Below, piece after piece: positions 40,851-54,082 of a DNA stretch of 64,000 nucleotides. Position numbers and translations under genes: made by a program. The notes beneath the pieces are model-generated. The model ran no database searches. It saw only the letters and a list, made by a program, of their open reading frames with translations, and was not told the origin of the DNA. Where the stretch lies: positions 11,594,001 to 11,658,000 of the forward strand of contig OX597814.1 in assembly GCA_951406725.2 (NCBI GenBank). Direction: 5' to 3'. The first letter of the stretch is position 1, and the number at the start of each line of letters is the position of its first letter. The stretch is from Octopus vulgaris (Eukaryota).

Positions 40851-41952
40851 GAGAAAGAGAGACATTACGATTTATTAATTGAACACAGATGACACAAACA
40901 TTTTTCTTCTCATAACATAAAGAGAAATATGCAGACACACACACAAACAGACAGACAGACAGAGAATAAGAGAGATGTCAAATAAGTCAGCATCAAATCA
41001 ACGATGCCAAATACCGGACAGCAAACATCTGTGCCAAACCATCTCATTCCCCAGTATCTTCCACAACAGCTTTGCATCACCCCAATGCCCTATCAATGAA
41101 ACAGGGGAGACAAAAACTATGAAAGCTTATCATGCCTATTATTCAAAGGGCCAGTTTTGTCACATAGTATTACAATGATTTTGTTTGAGGATTACATAAA
41201 AGGGACAAAAGTCTGGGGAATACTCAGCCATTTACACCCATGATTTGATGATTAGGTAATTCCATTGACCAAAGTATCTGGTATCCTCAATCATCAAATC
41301 AACATATAAAAATCAGTCCATGATGCCAGCAGTTGAATCGGTTTACCAATTCAAATTTGTTGTAATGGTTATGCAAAGTTACATGTTGTCCATCATAGAT
41401 TGTAGATCACAATGCAAGAACCCTTAACAAAAATATGGTGGGGTGCCAGGTTGGGGGGTGAGGGTAGATCAAATCAAATGAGTTAAATCCAAAACAGCAT
41501 TATCAAATATTTTCGTCAGGCGTATCTACATATGTGGGGAGGGTAACCACCAGGAATGTCCAATGAATTTTAAAACATTGATTAAAATTTTAATTGATTT
41601 TAATGATGCACATATATTCAACAGAGTCATACAAATCCTCATCATCATCATCATTGTTTTTCATTAGCATCATATAAATCATCTTCAACAACAAAATCTA
41701 AATCAACAAAAAAAATAGATGGGTGGGGTCGGGTGGCTTATAAAAACTTGATGACATAAAACAAAAATATGGAATTATAAGGGAGATGACACATAAAAGA
41801 TTAAAAAAATGGAATTATAGCAGACTGATGATACAGGGGGAAAAAATTTTCGGAATCATAGAAATATATATATGTGTGTAAGATATATAAAATATATTTA
41901 TACAGAGCAACTTGTCAAATCTTCATCTGTGTGTGGTCTTAATTGTTTCTGC

Positions 41953-42144
41953 TTAAGGAGCAGCGGTGGTGGGCTTTGGAGAACTATTATCAGAACTTGA
42001 AAATACACCGGTAGAATAGAGAATAATGATAATAATGATGGTAAGCAGTATAAGTACACCACAAACCATCAGACAGGTCATCTTGGTATTCTTCCACCAG
42101 AATTTCTTTGCTATGCTACGAGACGTCTTGTGGAATTTGATGGA
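41953..42144 (-). CDS. VAMP7: VAMP7-like coding exon 5 (end of SNARE motif, TM anchor, short luminal tail, stop)
   Basis: Acceptor gcttttctttcag, SIKFHKTSRSIAKKFWWKNTKMTCLMVCGVLILLTIIIIIILYSTGVFSSSDNSSPKPTTAAP-TAA. Confidence 0.95.
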   Translation of the reverse strand, partial: SIKFHKTSRSIAKKFWWKNTKMTCLMVCGVLILLTIIIIIILYSTGVFSSSDNSSPKPTTAAP

Positions 42145-42409
42145 CTGAAAGAAAAGCAAAAGAGAATATTACAGTTTTTCACTTCTATGACAAGGGACCA
42201 AGAGTTGTGGGTAAAATCACTATACTACTATACAGGCGCAGGAGTGGCTGTGTGGTAAGTAGCTTGCTAACCAACCACATGGTTCTGGGTTCAGTCCCAC
42301 TGCGTGGCATCTTGGGCAAGCAAGTGTCTTCTGCTATAGCCCCAGTCCGACCAATGCCTTGTGAGTGGATTTGGTAGACGGAAACTGAAAGAAGCCTGTC
42401 GTATATATG

Positions 42410-42444
<35 letters not shown>

Positions 42445-45400
42445 TTGTGTGTCTGTGTTTGTCCCCCTAGCATTGCTTGACAACTGATGCTGGTGTGTTT
42501 ACGTCCCCGTCACTTAGCGGTTCGGCAAAAGAGACCGATAGAATAAATACTAGGCTTACAAAGAATAAGTCCCGGTGTTGATTTGCTCGACTAAAGGCGG
42601 TGCTCCAGCATGGCCGCAGTCAAATGACTGAAACAAGTAAAAGAGTAAAGAGTAGAGAGAGAGTAAAGAGAGATACTGGAGAAAACCCTTCAAGCCAAGT
42701 AAAAACGTTATTATCCGTACATACAGGTTTGCACTTTTACAGGTGCCACTGCCATGCAAAATGCACTCATGTGGGTTTTGCGTAAATGCGCCTGTGCCGG
42801 TGGCACATGGAAAGTACCCAGTGCACTCTGTAAAGTGATTGGCATTAGGAAGGGCATCCAGCCATAGAGACCATGCCTAAACAGACAATTAGAGTCTGGC
42901 CAGCTCCTTTCAAACTGTTTAATTCATGCTAACATGGAAAACAAGTGCTAAACGATGATGATGTAGTTGCTTTTTGGGGACTTTTTTGGGGTTTTCTTTT
43001 TTTTTTGTTAAATGACAATAAAGTATTTATATCTTTGCACCTGTGTTTGTCCCCCGCCCCTATCACCACTTGACAACTGGTGTTGGTGTGTGTTTACATC
43101 CCTGTAACTTAGTGGTTCAGCAAAAGAGACTGACAGAATAAGAACTAGGCTTTAGGCTTCAAAAAATGAGTCCTGGGGTTGCTTTGTTTGTCCAAAACCC
43201 TTCAAGGTGGTGCTCCAGCATGGCTGCAGTCAAATGACTAAAACAAGTAAAAGAGTAAAAGAACCCCTTTGATATAAACCTACTTGAGACCATATCCTTG
43301 GTTTTATGATACAAAATTCTTGTTTTTAAATTGATCTACATTAGAACTTTCCATCAAAATTCCATGTTAGCTTGTCCCATGCACCAGCTTACGATTGACA
43401 AAATTCTTTTACTAAACTTGTAACTATTGTCAAAATTGTTACTATTCTTTTAATAAACTAGCAGTATCGCCCGGTGTTGCTCGAGTTTGTTTTGACCCTT
43501 TAGGATTGGAATTTTTGAAAAGTAAAAATTTTGCATTATGTAGCTTGTTATTCTCTTTAAGTGAACATTTTTCTGGTTGAAATACACCAAAAAATAGTGA
43601 CACAGCAGTCAAAAAATCGTAAAAAGTAGGGATTTTCATAGAAAAAAAGCACCTTCTTGATGTAAATAATTTTTGGTGTTAACATGGTCCAATTTGAATT
43701 TTTTCTTCTACAGAAAGAAGAGCAAGCCTTCTTCTATCATACTCTCAATTTTGGTCAACTTGCGCCACAGGGTCTCGGAGGAGATAATGTTAGTTGAAGG
43801 CTACCAAACCTGCCATACACAGACAACTTCAGCTTTATATAGAGAGAAATTTGTTACAGAGTGGAACAGTGGCTATGACTATTACAAGTACACTCAGGTT
43901 GGTGAGATTGATACAGTTGGCACCCAGCCTGAACAGCTACAGAGAAAACACTAATATATCATTGACAAGATATGTTTCTTTATTAGCCACACAGGGCTGA
44001 ACACAGAGGGGACAAATTACAAAGTAGAGCTTTTCTTTTTGGGGAGAAAAAAAAGGAAAATAAAAATAAAAAATAAAAAGGGAGGTAGGTTTTCGATAAA
44101 AAATGATCGTGAAAAGAGAGAAAAAAACGATCAATAGGGATCGTTATCATAGAAATGTCATGATGTAAAGTGTAAAGGGGAAAGCAGATAAGGTTTATCC
44201 GTGGAAAGAAAAGCCTACGGAAAAGACAAGATAGAAAGGGATGAAAATGGGAAAAAGTAAAGAAAGAAAGAGGAGGTGTAAGAGGAGAAAACAATAAGTG
44301 AGGGAGAGAGGGTGAGGAACAAATAAGAGAAACTAAAGATGAATATCATCACTAACCTGCTCTTCTAATTCATATGTTTTATCCATCAAGTCGTCCAGTC
44401 TGTCTCCACGTTCCAGTACTTTTTCAATGTTCTGCGTAAGAATACCTTTCACTTCATTTACTTGACTTTGGAGGTGAGAGATGCCACTTCCAGCACCGGG
44501 TTTTGAAAAGGTTTCCTTTAGAGAATGATATACGTATATGCAATTATAAATTTCTGTTTGTGCATGTGTATTTGTGTATTGTGTGCGCGTGCATGTGTTT
44601 GTGATTAAATATCTATATATGTATATGTAAGATGTTGTTGTTGTTATTATCATTATTATTATCATTATTATTATTATTAATTATGATAATATTAATAGAA
44701 GGCAGTAAGCTGGCAGAACTGTTAGCATGCCAGGAAATATACTTAACAGCATTTTGTTCATCTTTATGTCCTGAGTTCAAATTCTGCCAAGATTGACTTT
44801 GCTTTTCAACCTTTCAAGGTTGATAAAATGTAATCGACTTACTCCCTCCCCGCAAATTGCTGGCCTTGTGCCAGAATTTGAAACCACTATTATCATTATT
44901 ATGATTATTATGATTAAGGCAGCGAGCTGGCTGAATTGTTAGCACGTTGGGTGAAGTTCATAGTAGTATTTCGCCCATCACTACGTTCTGAGTTCCAATT
45001 CCACCAAAGTTCACTTGACCTATCATCGTATCAGGGTCAATAAATGAAGTACCAGTTGAGTACTGGGGTCGATGTAATCAACTATCCCCCTACCCCAAAT
45101 TTCAGGCCTTGTGCCTATAATAGAAAGGATTATCATTATCATCATCATTATTATTATTATTATTATTATTATTAAATCAAAATCATTTCGATCACTGGCA
45201 TCCGTGCTAGCAAGGTGTAAAGAGCACCATACGAGTGTGATCATTGACAGAGCGGTTATTCGAGTATGGATCGTTACCAGCGTCACCTTACTGGCACTTA
45301 TGCCTGTGCTAGTAGGGTGCCAAGAACACCATCCGAGCGTGATCATTGCCAGAGCAGCCAACTGGCTTCCGTACCCATGGCACGTAAAAGGGCACCATTC

Positions 45401-47421
45401 GAGCATGATCGTTACCAACGTCGCTTCACTGGCACCTGTGCCGGTGGAACGTATAAAAAGATTCAAGCGCGGTCATTGCCAGTACCGCCTGACTGGCCCC
45501 CAAGCAGGTGGCACGTAAAAAGCACCCACTACACTCTCGGAGTGGTTGGCATTAGGAAAGGCATCCAGCTGTAGAAACTCTGCCAAATCAAGACTGGAGC
45601 CTGGTTCAGCCATCTGGTTGCCAGCCCTCAGTCAAAATCGTTCAACCCATGCTAGCATGGAAAACGGATGTTAAATGATGATGATGATATTATTATTATT
45701 ATCATTAGAAAGCAGCAAGCTGGCAAAATGCTTAGCAGCATTTCATCCATCTCTATGTTCAGAGTTCAAATTATGCCAAGGTCAGCTTTGCTTTTCATCC
45801 TTTCGAGGTTAATAAAATAAGCCAAGTACTAGAGTTAATGTCATCAATTAACACCTCCGCCTAAAACCTCATGGCTTTGTATCTAAATTTGAAGCAATTA
45901 TTATTATAAAGGTAACAAGCTTGCAATATTATCAGCAAAAGTCGGGCAAAATGCTTAGTGGAATTTCTACTAGCTCTTCATGTTCTGAGTTCAAATTCTG
46001 CCAAAGCCGACTTTGCCTCTCATCTTTTCAGGGCCAATAAAATAAGTACCAGTCAGGCACTGGGGTCAATATAATTGACTAGTCCCCTTCCCCAAAAATT
46101 TCAGGCTTTGTGCTTAGAGTAGAAATTATTATATATACACTTTAGATGAGTTGTAGTGCACCTGAGCACTGTACACAATGTTTTTATTATTATTATTTAA
46201 AATCATGAGCTACAAGCTCGCATTGTCATCATCATTTCTCCTGTTTTCAAATCAATTTGCTCACTTACCACCTTTGAAAACATGAAATAAGAGAGCCCTT
46301 ACTTGAAAAAACAAGAAAGGGTTAGTGACAAGGAGAGGAAGGACATCCAGCTGTAAGACAGCGCCTCAACAATATATTCGTCCAAACAGTGCTGTCACAG
46401 AAAAAAGGGGCATAAAATGAACTACAGAACAAATTAAATATATTATTTCCCTTTTTTCAGTACTGCAGCAGTGCCCTGTCATCACTCTTTTGTCATCATA
46501 CAAAAGATTAAAAAAAAAAATAATAAAAAAATAAAAAGACAATTTATGATAATTGGAAATACCATTTCTCTTTGAAGTACTTGTCCAAAATCTCGATCAA
46601 ACTCATGACTGAAGGCGGATGATGCCCGAGCTGCCAAGCGACCATTCAGGAATGTATTTTTGATCTATGAAAAGAATAAATTTAATTTATTTAAAAGAAG
46701 CAAATAGAGAATATTGATGTTCAAGAAACATATATATATATACATTGAGGGAGACCTATTGAGTCAAGTACATGAACATCGAAATAAATATCAATGGAAA
46801 TAGTAGTTGTGATACCTGTGCCGGTGGAACATAAAAAGCACCATCCGAACGTGGCCAATGCCAGCGCCGCCTCGACTGGCTTCTGTGCCGGTGGCACACA
46901 AAAAGCACCATCTGAACGTGGCCGATGCCAGCGCCGCCTTGACTGACTTCCGTGCCGGGGGCACGTTAAAAGCATCAACCGATCGTGGCCGATGCCAGAC
47001 TCCCCTGGCACCTGTGCTAGTGGCAAGTAAAAGGCACCCACTACAAATCGCAGAATGGTTGGCATTAGGAAGGGCATCCAGCTGTAAAAACACTGCCAGA
47101 TCAGACTGGAGCCTGGTGCAGCCCTGGCTTCCCAGACCCTGGTTGAACCGTCCAACCCGTGCTAGCGTTAAACGATGATGATATAAAATATGAATTAGAG
47201 ATAAAACCACTATTATGCAGATATATATATATATATGAGGGAATATTTTTCTAAACTTTATATATCCAAATATATACGTTTTATTTATTATTTTGCACAT
47301 TGCTTAATCATTAGTATATATTTTATCTTATATTTAATCTTTCTAAAATATGTAATTTTTCTGAATGGTATAATTTAAATTTTTCATTATTGAATTGATA
47401 AAAGGTGGAGGTTTTTTTCTA

Positions 47422-47471
<50 letters not shown>

Positions 47472-50400
47472 TATGAATGTAATAATAATAAAAAAATTGT
47501 AGATGTATGATTCTCCATTTTCATTTTAATGTCATACGTGTGTGTTTCTGTGTGTGTGTGGTGTGCATATATGTGTATGTATGTATGTGTGTGTGTGTTT
47601 AACACACACACACATACACCACACGCGCAGTAATACTGATACAAATGGAAAAGCAGAAATTGATATCAAGAGTACAGTTGACAAAGTGATGCCGATTTTC
47701 CGGTGATTAAGACTAATACGGTCATAACTATTTCGTTTACCAAGGGATTAAACTTCATTTACACGCATCTATTGCCATTTCGACTGCATTGCATGCAAGT
47801 AAAACACACATGTAGACGGAGAAGGATTTGCAATATTGTGAATGTCTTTCATCGCTGGTGCTTTAGAAATATCCTGAAGATCATCACCCAGTGTGAGAAC
47901 ACCACAAGTAATGAAATCATGAAAAAAGCTGCCCTAAGTAAACTGCAAGACACCATTACAGCTATATAAAGGAAGCTGCTTGCCGTTATTTGCTGATATT
48001 TAATATGATATAACACATGAGAAACGTATTCTCAACCCGTTCAGAGAACAATGTTGGATTGAATTCTGTAATCAGTTAATACCGCAAGAAGTGAGTTTGA
48101 AATAGTGTAAGGGAGGCAATTCAAGACAAGGGAGGTAACTTTGTAAACTCAAGCTTTTTGTTATTTATTTTGGAAAATGGCTTTGCAACAAAACATTGGT
48201 TTAGCTTGGCTGAATGTCGAACAGATTCATATAATCTCTTCATGATATAACAGATTGGGGGGAAATTTTTTTTAAATAATAAAAACGAGATATTAGAGGG
48301 TATTTAACAATTGAAAGGAGATCTGGAAGATCTGGAAGTGGTGCACTTGAGCACTGTATACAATAATTTCATTATTATTATTTTAAGTTGTCAAGAAAAA
48401 TATTAGTAATAATAATACAGACCCACACACATGCGCACAAACAAAAAGAACGCAGCTCGCATAACGAACAGAGTCAACGACTACTGAAAAGATTGTTATG
48501 AGACAACGAAAATTCTAGGAAAAATAAATAAGTAAATGAGTGGAAACTTTACCGGTGGGTGTGTTAAATAAGACACTAAAAGAGAATGACCCTCCCCAGA
48601 CACAATAAAATATGCTTCAACACACGAACTCACATAAAGAATCTTGCAAACCAAATCCAAAATCGAAGATATATAATGAATAACGTAATACAAATAGATC
48701 TGTTAACTGAAGTTTACAATAGACTTAAAAGTAGCTGTAAGACCAATGCCATTTTATCGTCTCTTCTTACAGATGAAAAACAAAGAAAAAATAAAGAAAA
48801 AAAACATTACACTCTATTGCTTTATCTGTAAGACTGTTAAATACAGAACCAACAGCAGAGGTTTTATTTGATTGCTTGACCTGCTAGAAATGGCAGCAAA
48901 ATCGATCACAAATTACACCCTACTGTCATCAATAAAGACAGATAGTTTGAGCAATTAAGTCCCTGATATGCAAAAGTATGTGATGGTCACAACTGGAACG
49001 ACTTTGACCATAAGTCTGCTTGATTAAGGCTGATACGGGAATAAACAGTAAAAAACAGAATGCTAGAATGATTTCACCAGCAGCAAGGCTAGAGTTCTAG
49101 AGTCAGTCTAGAATTAATTCCTAATGCTCCAAGGAATGTTGTGTTATTTTCTTTGTACACCAAAACCTAAGTTAACCAAAGCCTTGTGAGTGAAATTTGC
49201 AAGACAAGAGCTCTGAAGAAGCCAGCCATTGAGCTAAGCAATGCACTGGCGTCGCTTTATACACAATCACAGAAATCATAGATCAGCATTAGGCTTTCTT
49301 AATGTGTGAGACTTCCAGGCAATTATCTAATATGCTGAAACCTTAAGAAAACACACACATACACACATAGGCCTTCTGCAAAGTTTCTGTCAAGTCTACT
49401 CGCAAGACGTTAGCTTGATATTATTGTAGAAGACACTTTCCGATAGTGATACACAGTTCTTTCTAATGAATATATATGCAAAAAAAATTAGATGTAAAAA
49501 TTAAAACTTTCTTACATTATCCCAATTTCAGTATGAGTCACTTTTTGGACATTTTGCAAGGATTACTGTCCCTTATGTTAAATATTTATAGTAGAAATTA
49601 TACTGAATTTTTGCACATCATCAGTCATGTTTTTTGCTCACAAATAAGGCAATATTTTATTCAATATTCCAACATTAACAGATATTTTTTTGAAAACGTG
49701 CTAAGAAAAATCATGTTGAATTTAAATTCTTCCACCACTCACCTGTATAGTGTCCCCTTTATATTTATTGCTTTTTATGAGTATACAGTACCCCCAAGAA
49801 GTTGCTAATGACCAACCTGAGAACCACTAAACTAGATCATTTCAACAATAGATTTTAATATCTCATAATGGCTCAGTGGTACAGAGGTAGTGACTCAATT
49901 CCCAGACCAGGTTTCTTGAGCAAAACACTTTATTTCATGTCACTCCAGTTCATTCAGCTGCAGAAATGAGTTGCAATGCCACTGGTACCAAGCTGTATTG
50001 ACCTTTGCTTTTCCCTTGGATAACATTAGTGGTGTAAAGAGGGAAGGCTGGTATGCATGGACGACTGCTGGTCTTCCATAAACAACCTTGCCTGGACTAG
50101 TGCCTCAGAAGAGAACTTTCTTGGTGCAATCCCATGGTCATTCATGACCAAAGGAGGTTCTTTTACTTTACATATGTAGGAATTAAGACACCAAAACTGT
50201 TTTAACAAACGTGAGTGTTTGTTTTATTTGCTTAATGTTAAGATATGGAATAAAACAGACTAATAAGTAAACGCAGACATGAATAATATATTGAAATCTT
50301 ACTTCTAAAAGGAACGAATGAGGTCCTTGCTTTCCCATATTTGGGTCTGCAACACACAGAAACAAAATGCCATTTTCTACTTTACAGTGGAATGAGTAAC

Positions 50401-53400
50401 TGGAAAAGAAATGAAAATAAAATAAGTTAAATAAATAAATAGACATATCTTTATAGTTCCTAAAATATTCGGTCATACCAATTTCTAACAATAACAACAA
50501 CAATATTTACAATGTTTATGATGATATCCTGTTTTGTTCTAGAATGGAGACTTGTAATCTCTCTTTTTACTCTTTTACTTGTTTCAGTCATTTGACTGCG
50601 GCCATGCTGGAGCACCGCCTTTAATCGAGCAACTCGACCCCAGAACTTATTCTTTTTTGTAAGCCCAGTACTTATTCTATCGGTCTCTTTTGCCGAACCG
50701 CTAAGTAACGGGGACATAAACACACCAGCATCGGTTGTCAAGCAATGCTAGGGGGACAAACACAAACACACACACGCATATATATATATACATATATACG
50801 ATGGACTTCTTTCAGTTTCCGTCTACCAAATCCACTCACAAGGCTTTGGTCAGCCCGAGGCTATAGTAGAAGACACTTGCCCAAGGTGCCACGCAGTGGG
50901 ACTGAACCCAGAACCATGTGGTTGGTAAACAAGCTACTTACCACACAGCCACTCCTGCACCTATATGTAGGGATTGACATAAACTAAAGTGGAAAAGAGG
51001 AGGGTGTCCTTTACGTATTCACAATAGTGGTATGCATTTGATATTCAGTGGCTAAATAAAAGTAATAAAGCAATAACCTACAAAAGATGCATTTGTAACA
51101 AGGATTAAAGGTTTGGAACACTTGCGGGGTGTAGGTCTCATCCCGTTACATTAAATTATTCGTCGAAGGAAAACCAAGACTTCGAATGTCTTCAACAGCA
51201 TAAATAATATTTATAAAGGCGGCGAGCTGGCAGAAACGTTAGCATGCCGGGCAAGATGCGAAGCCATATTTCGTCTGCCGTTACGTTCTGAGTTCAAATT
51301 CCGCCGAGGTCGACTTTGCCTTTCATCCTTTCGGGATCGATAAATTAAGTACCAGTTACGCACTGGGGTTGATCTAATCGACTAAATCCCTTTGTCTGTC
51401 CTTGTTTGTCCCCTCTGTGTTTAGCCCCTTGTGGGTAGTAAAGAAATATAAATATTTATTTTTCTGGATTCGCAATAATATATATACATATATTTCCTTC
51501 AGGGTGAACCGGTAGCCATTGGGAGCTAGTCACTGTGGTTAAATGGTGTGAACCAAATCCTGTTTCGTTCCAGCATAGTGTAGCTTCGCCATGTGGTGGC
51601 TTCCTTGGTAGAGCTTTGATAACACATCTGTTCAATTCGGTGTCTGCTTCGAGAGAGATCGATACAGCAGGAAATCTTGCTGTTGCTAGTTCTCTGCACA
51701 TGCGCATGAGGGAACTTCCGGCGGCCCCCTGGAAGAAATCCAACTCTGTGCATGCACGCTGAAAACTTCCAAAATGGCATCACTACACATTATATTATGC
51801 TGTGTTCCTCCTAATGTTACAATCACAGCTCACAAACTAATCCTTTAGTATTCAGATTAGTCTGTCATATACAATGCTTATTTGTTCACATTACTTTGAT
51901 TTAATTATGCATTACCATGTAGCTTCGAGGTTTCAATGATGAGATAGTATATTTTTAGAATGTGATTGTAGGGTAAGTGTGAGAAGCTGGATCTAGCCAG
52001 ATTGAACATAAAACAGGTGGAATATTTTGGCTGGATAGGGCCAGTTTAAATGCTAAGGGGTTAAGCCAATTAAACCAAAAAATGTCTCTCTACTGTAGTT
52101 CAACATGCTAAAAATAATTCTTTTTTCTCAAATCACAACAAAAAATTCTTTAAAACAGAAAGTAATTGTATTAGTAGTAGGAAGAATATCTGGCTGTAAA
52201 ACAATATTTCTATCCCTGCTACCATTGATGAGATAAATACAAGGCATGCAAAAAAGTTAAATATAAAAATTAAAATAGAAAATTACTATTTATAAATCTC
52301 TCAATGAGAGATGTTCAGCAACAGTACTCAAGAGTAAAGAGTATTTGCCAACGTAACATGGCAGTCCTGGTTTAGGACGAATGTTGCCGTAATTTAGCCC
52401 CAGGAGACATCATCTCCAGCTAGTTATTCGACACGATCTGTGTCCTTATTCGAAAATATAAGGGCACAGATTGTGTCGTATAGCCAGCTGGAGACAATGT
52501 CTCCAGGGGCTAAATTACAGCAACATTTGTCCTAAACCAGAAACTGCCATGTTATATTGGCAAATAATCTTTACTCTAAAAATTAAAATTTTCTTACATT
52601 ATTCCAATTTCAGTATGAGCCACTTTTTGGATATTTTGTATGGATTGCTAGATTACCATATTTTCCTAGTATCTTTTATCTTTTATTTGTTTCAGTCATT
52701 AGACTGTGACCATGCTGGGGCACTGCCTTGAAGAATTGTTAGTCAAATGAATCGACCCAAGTACTTATATCTTATTTTTCTTAAAACTTGGTAATTATTC
52801 TATTGCTTTCTTTTGCCAAATCACTAAGTTACAGGGATTTAAACATACCAACACCAGTTGTCAAGTGATGTTGGGGGGGCAAACACAGACACAAAGACAT
52901 CCCCACACACATGCACATACATATATATAGATAGATAGATAGATATACATATATATATATATATATATATGAAGGGCTTCTTTCAGTTTCTTATTTCTTT
53001 ATTGCCACAAGGGGCTAAACACATAGGGGACAAACAAGGACAGACAAAGGGATTAAGTCGATTACATCGACCCCAGTGTGTAACTGGTACTTAATTTATC
53101 GACCCCAAAAGGATGAAAGGCAAAGTCGACCTCGGCGGAATTTGAACTCAGAACGTAAAGACAGACGAAATACTGCTAAGCATCTCGTCCGGCGTGCTAA
53201 CGTTTCTACCAGCTCGCCGCCTTCTTTCAGTTTCTGCCTACCAAATCCACTCACAAGGCTTTGGTTAACCTGAGACTATAGTAGAAGACACTTGCCCAAG
53301 GTGTCATGCAGTGGGATTGAATTCAGAACCATGTGGTTGGGAAGCAAGCTTTGTACCACACAGCCATGCCTAAGCACTCAAACATCATGGCTATCTTTCC

Positions 53401-54034
53401 AAATCCTGTTGTATCTCACATGGAAGTTTTCGTCTTCCAAAGTCATCTTGTTTATATAATTCAATCTAACTTTTATGACTGTAAATTTTGGTGTGAAAAG
53501 TTTTACTTATATGGTGGAAAACACTGTACCACAAAAATTAAAGCTGGAGCGGCATGACTGAAATGACTTTGATTATAGGTCTGCTTGTTAAGTTTTTGAC
53601 CTGCAGCTAAACAACAACTTTATGTCAACAGAGCTTTAATAACTGGTTGGTATGTAACTGTCTCAATAACTGCAGAATGACAACCACACTATTAGTGGTT
53701 GAGTAATTAGACAAAACAGCCAGGAGGGGATCTGGACAAATAGCAGGAGAATTAAACAAATAGATTAGGAGGGAATTACAAGACATTAATTGATTGGAAG
53801 TTCTATAGTGCATGTGTGAGTGTGTGTACTCTTTTACTTGTTTCAGTCATTTGACTGCGGCCATGCTGGAGCACCGCCTTTAGTCGAGCAAATCGACCCC
53901 AGGACTTATTCTTTGTAAGCCCAGTACTTATTCTATCGGTCTCTTTTGCCAAACCACTAAGTGATGGGGACGCAAACACACCAGCATCAGTTGTCAAGCA
54001 ATGCTAGGGGGACCAACACAGACACACAAACACA

Positions 54035-54082
<48 letters not shown>

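Noticed and set aside
42240-42310. tRNA genes at SINE heads (also family B and C heads)
   Set aside because: A/B boxes are present, but they continue into SINE bodies and do not form complete cloverleafs.
51456-51783. Overlapping 75-95 aa ORFs in a GC-richer block within the VAMP intron
   Set aside because: No protein motif recognised; more likely a retro-element UTR fragment, and not needed for the VAMP reading frame.
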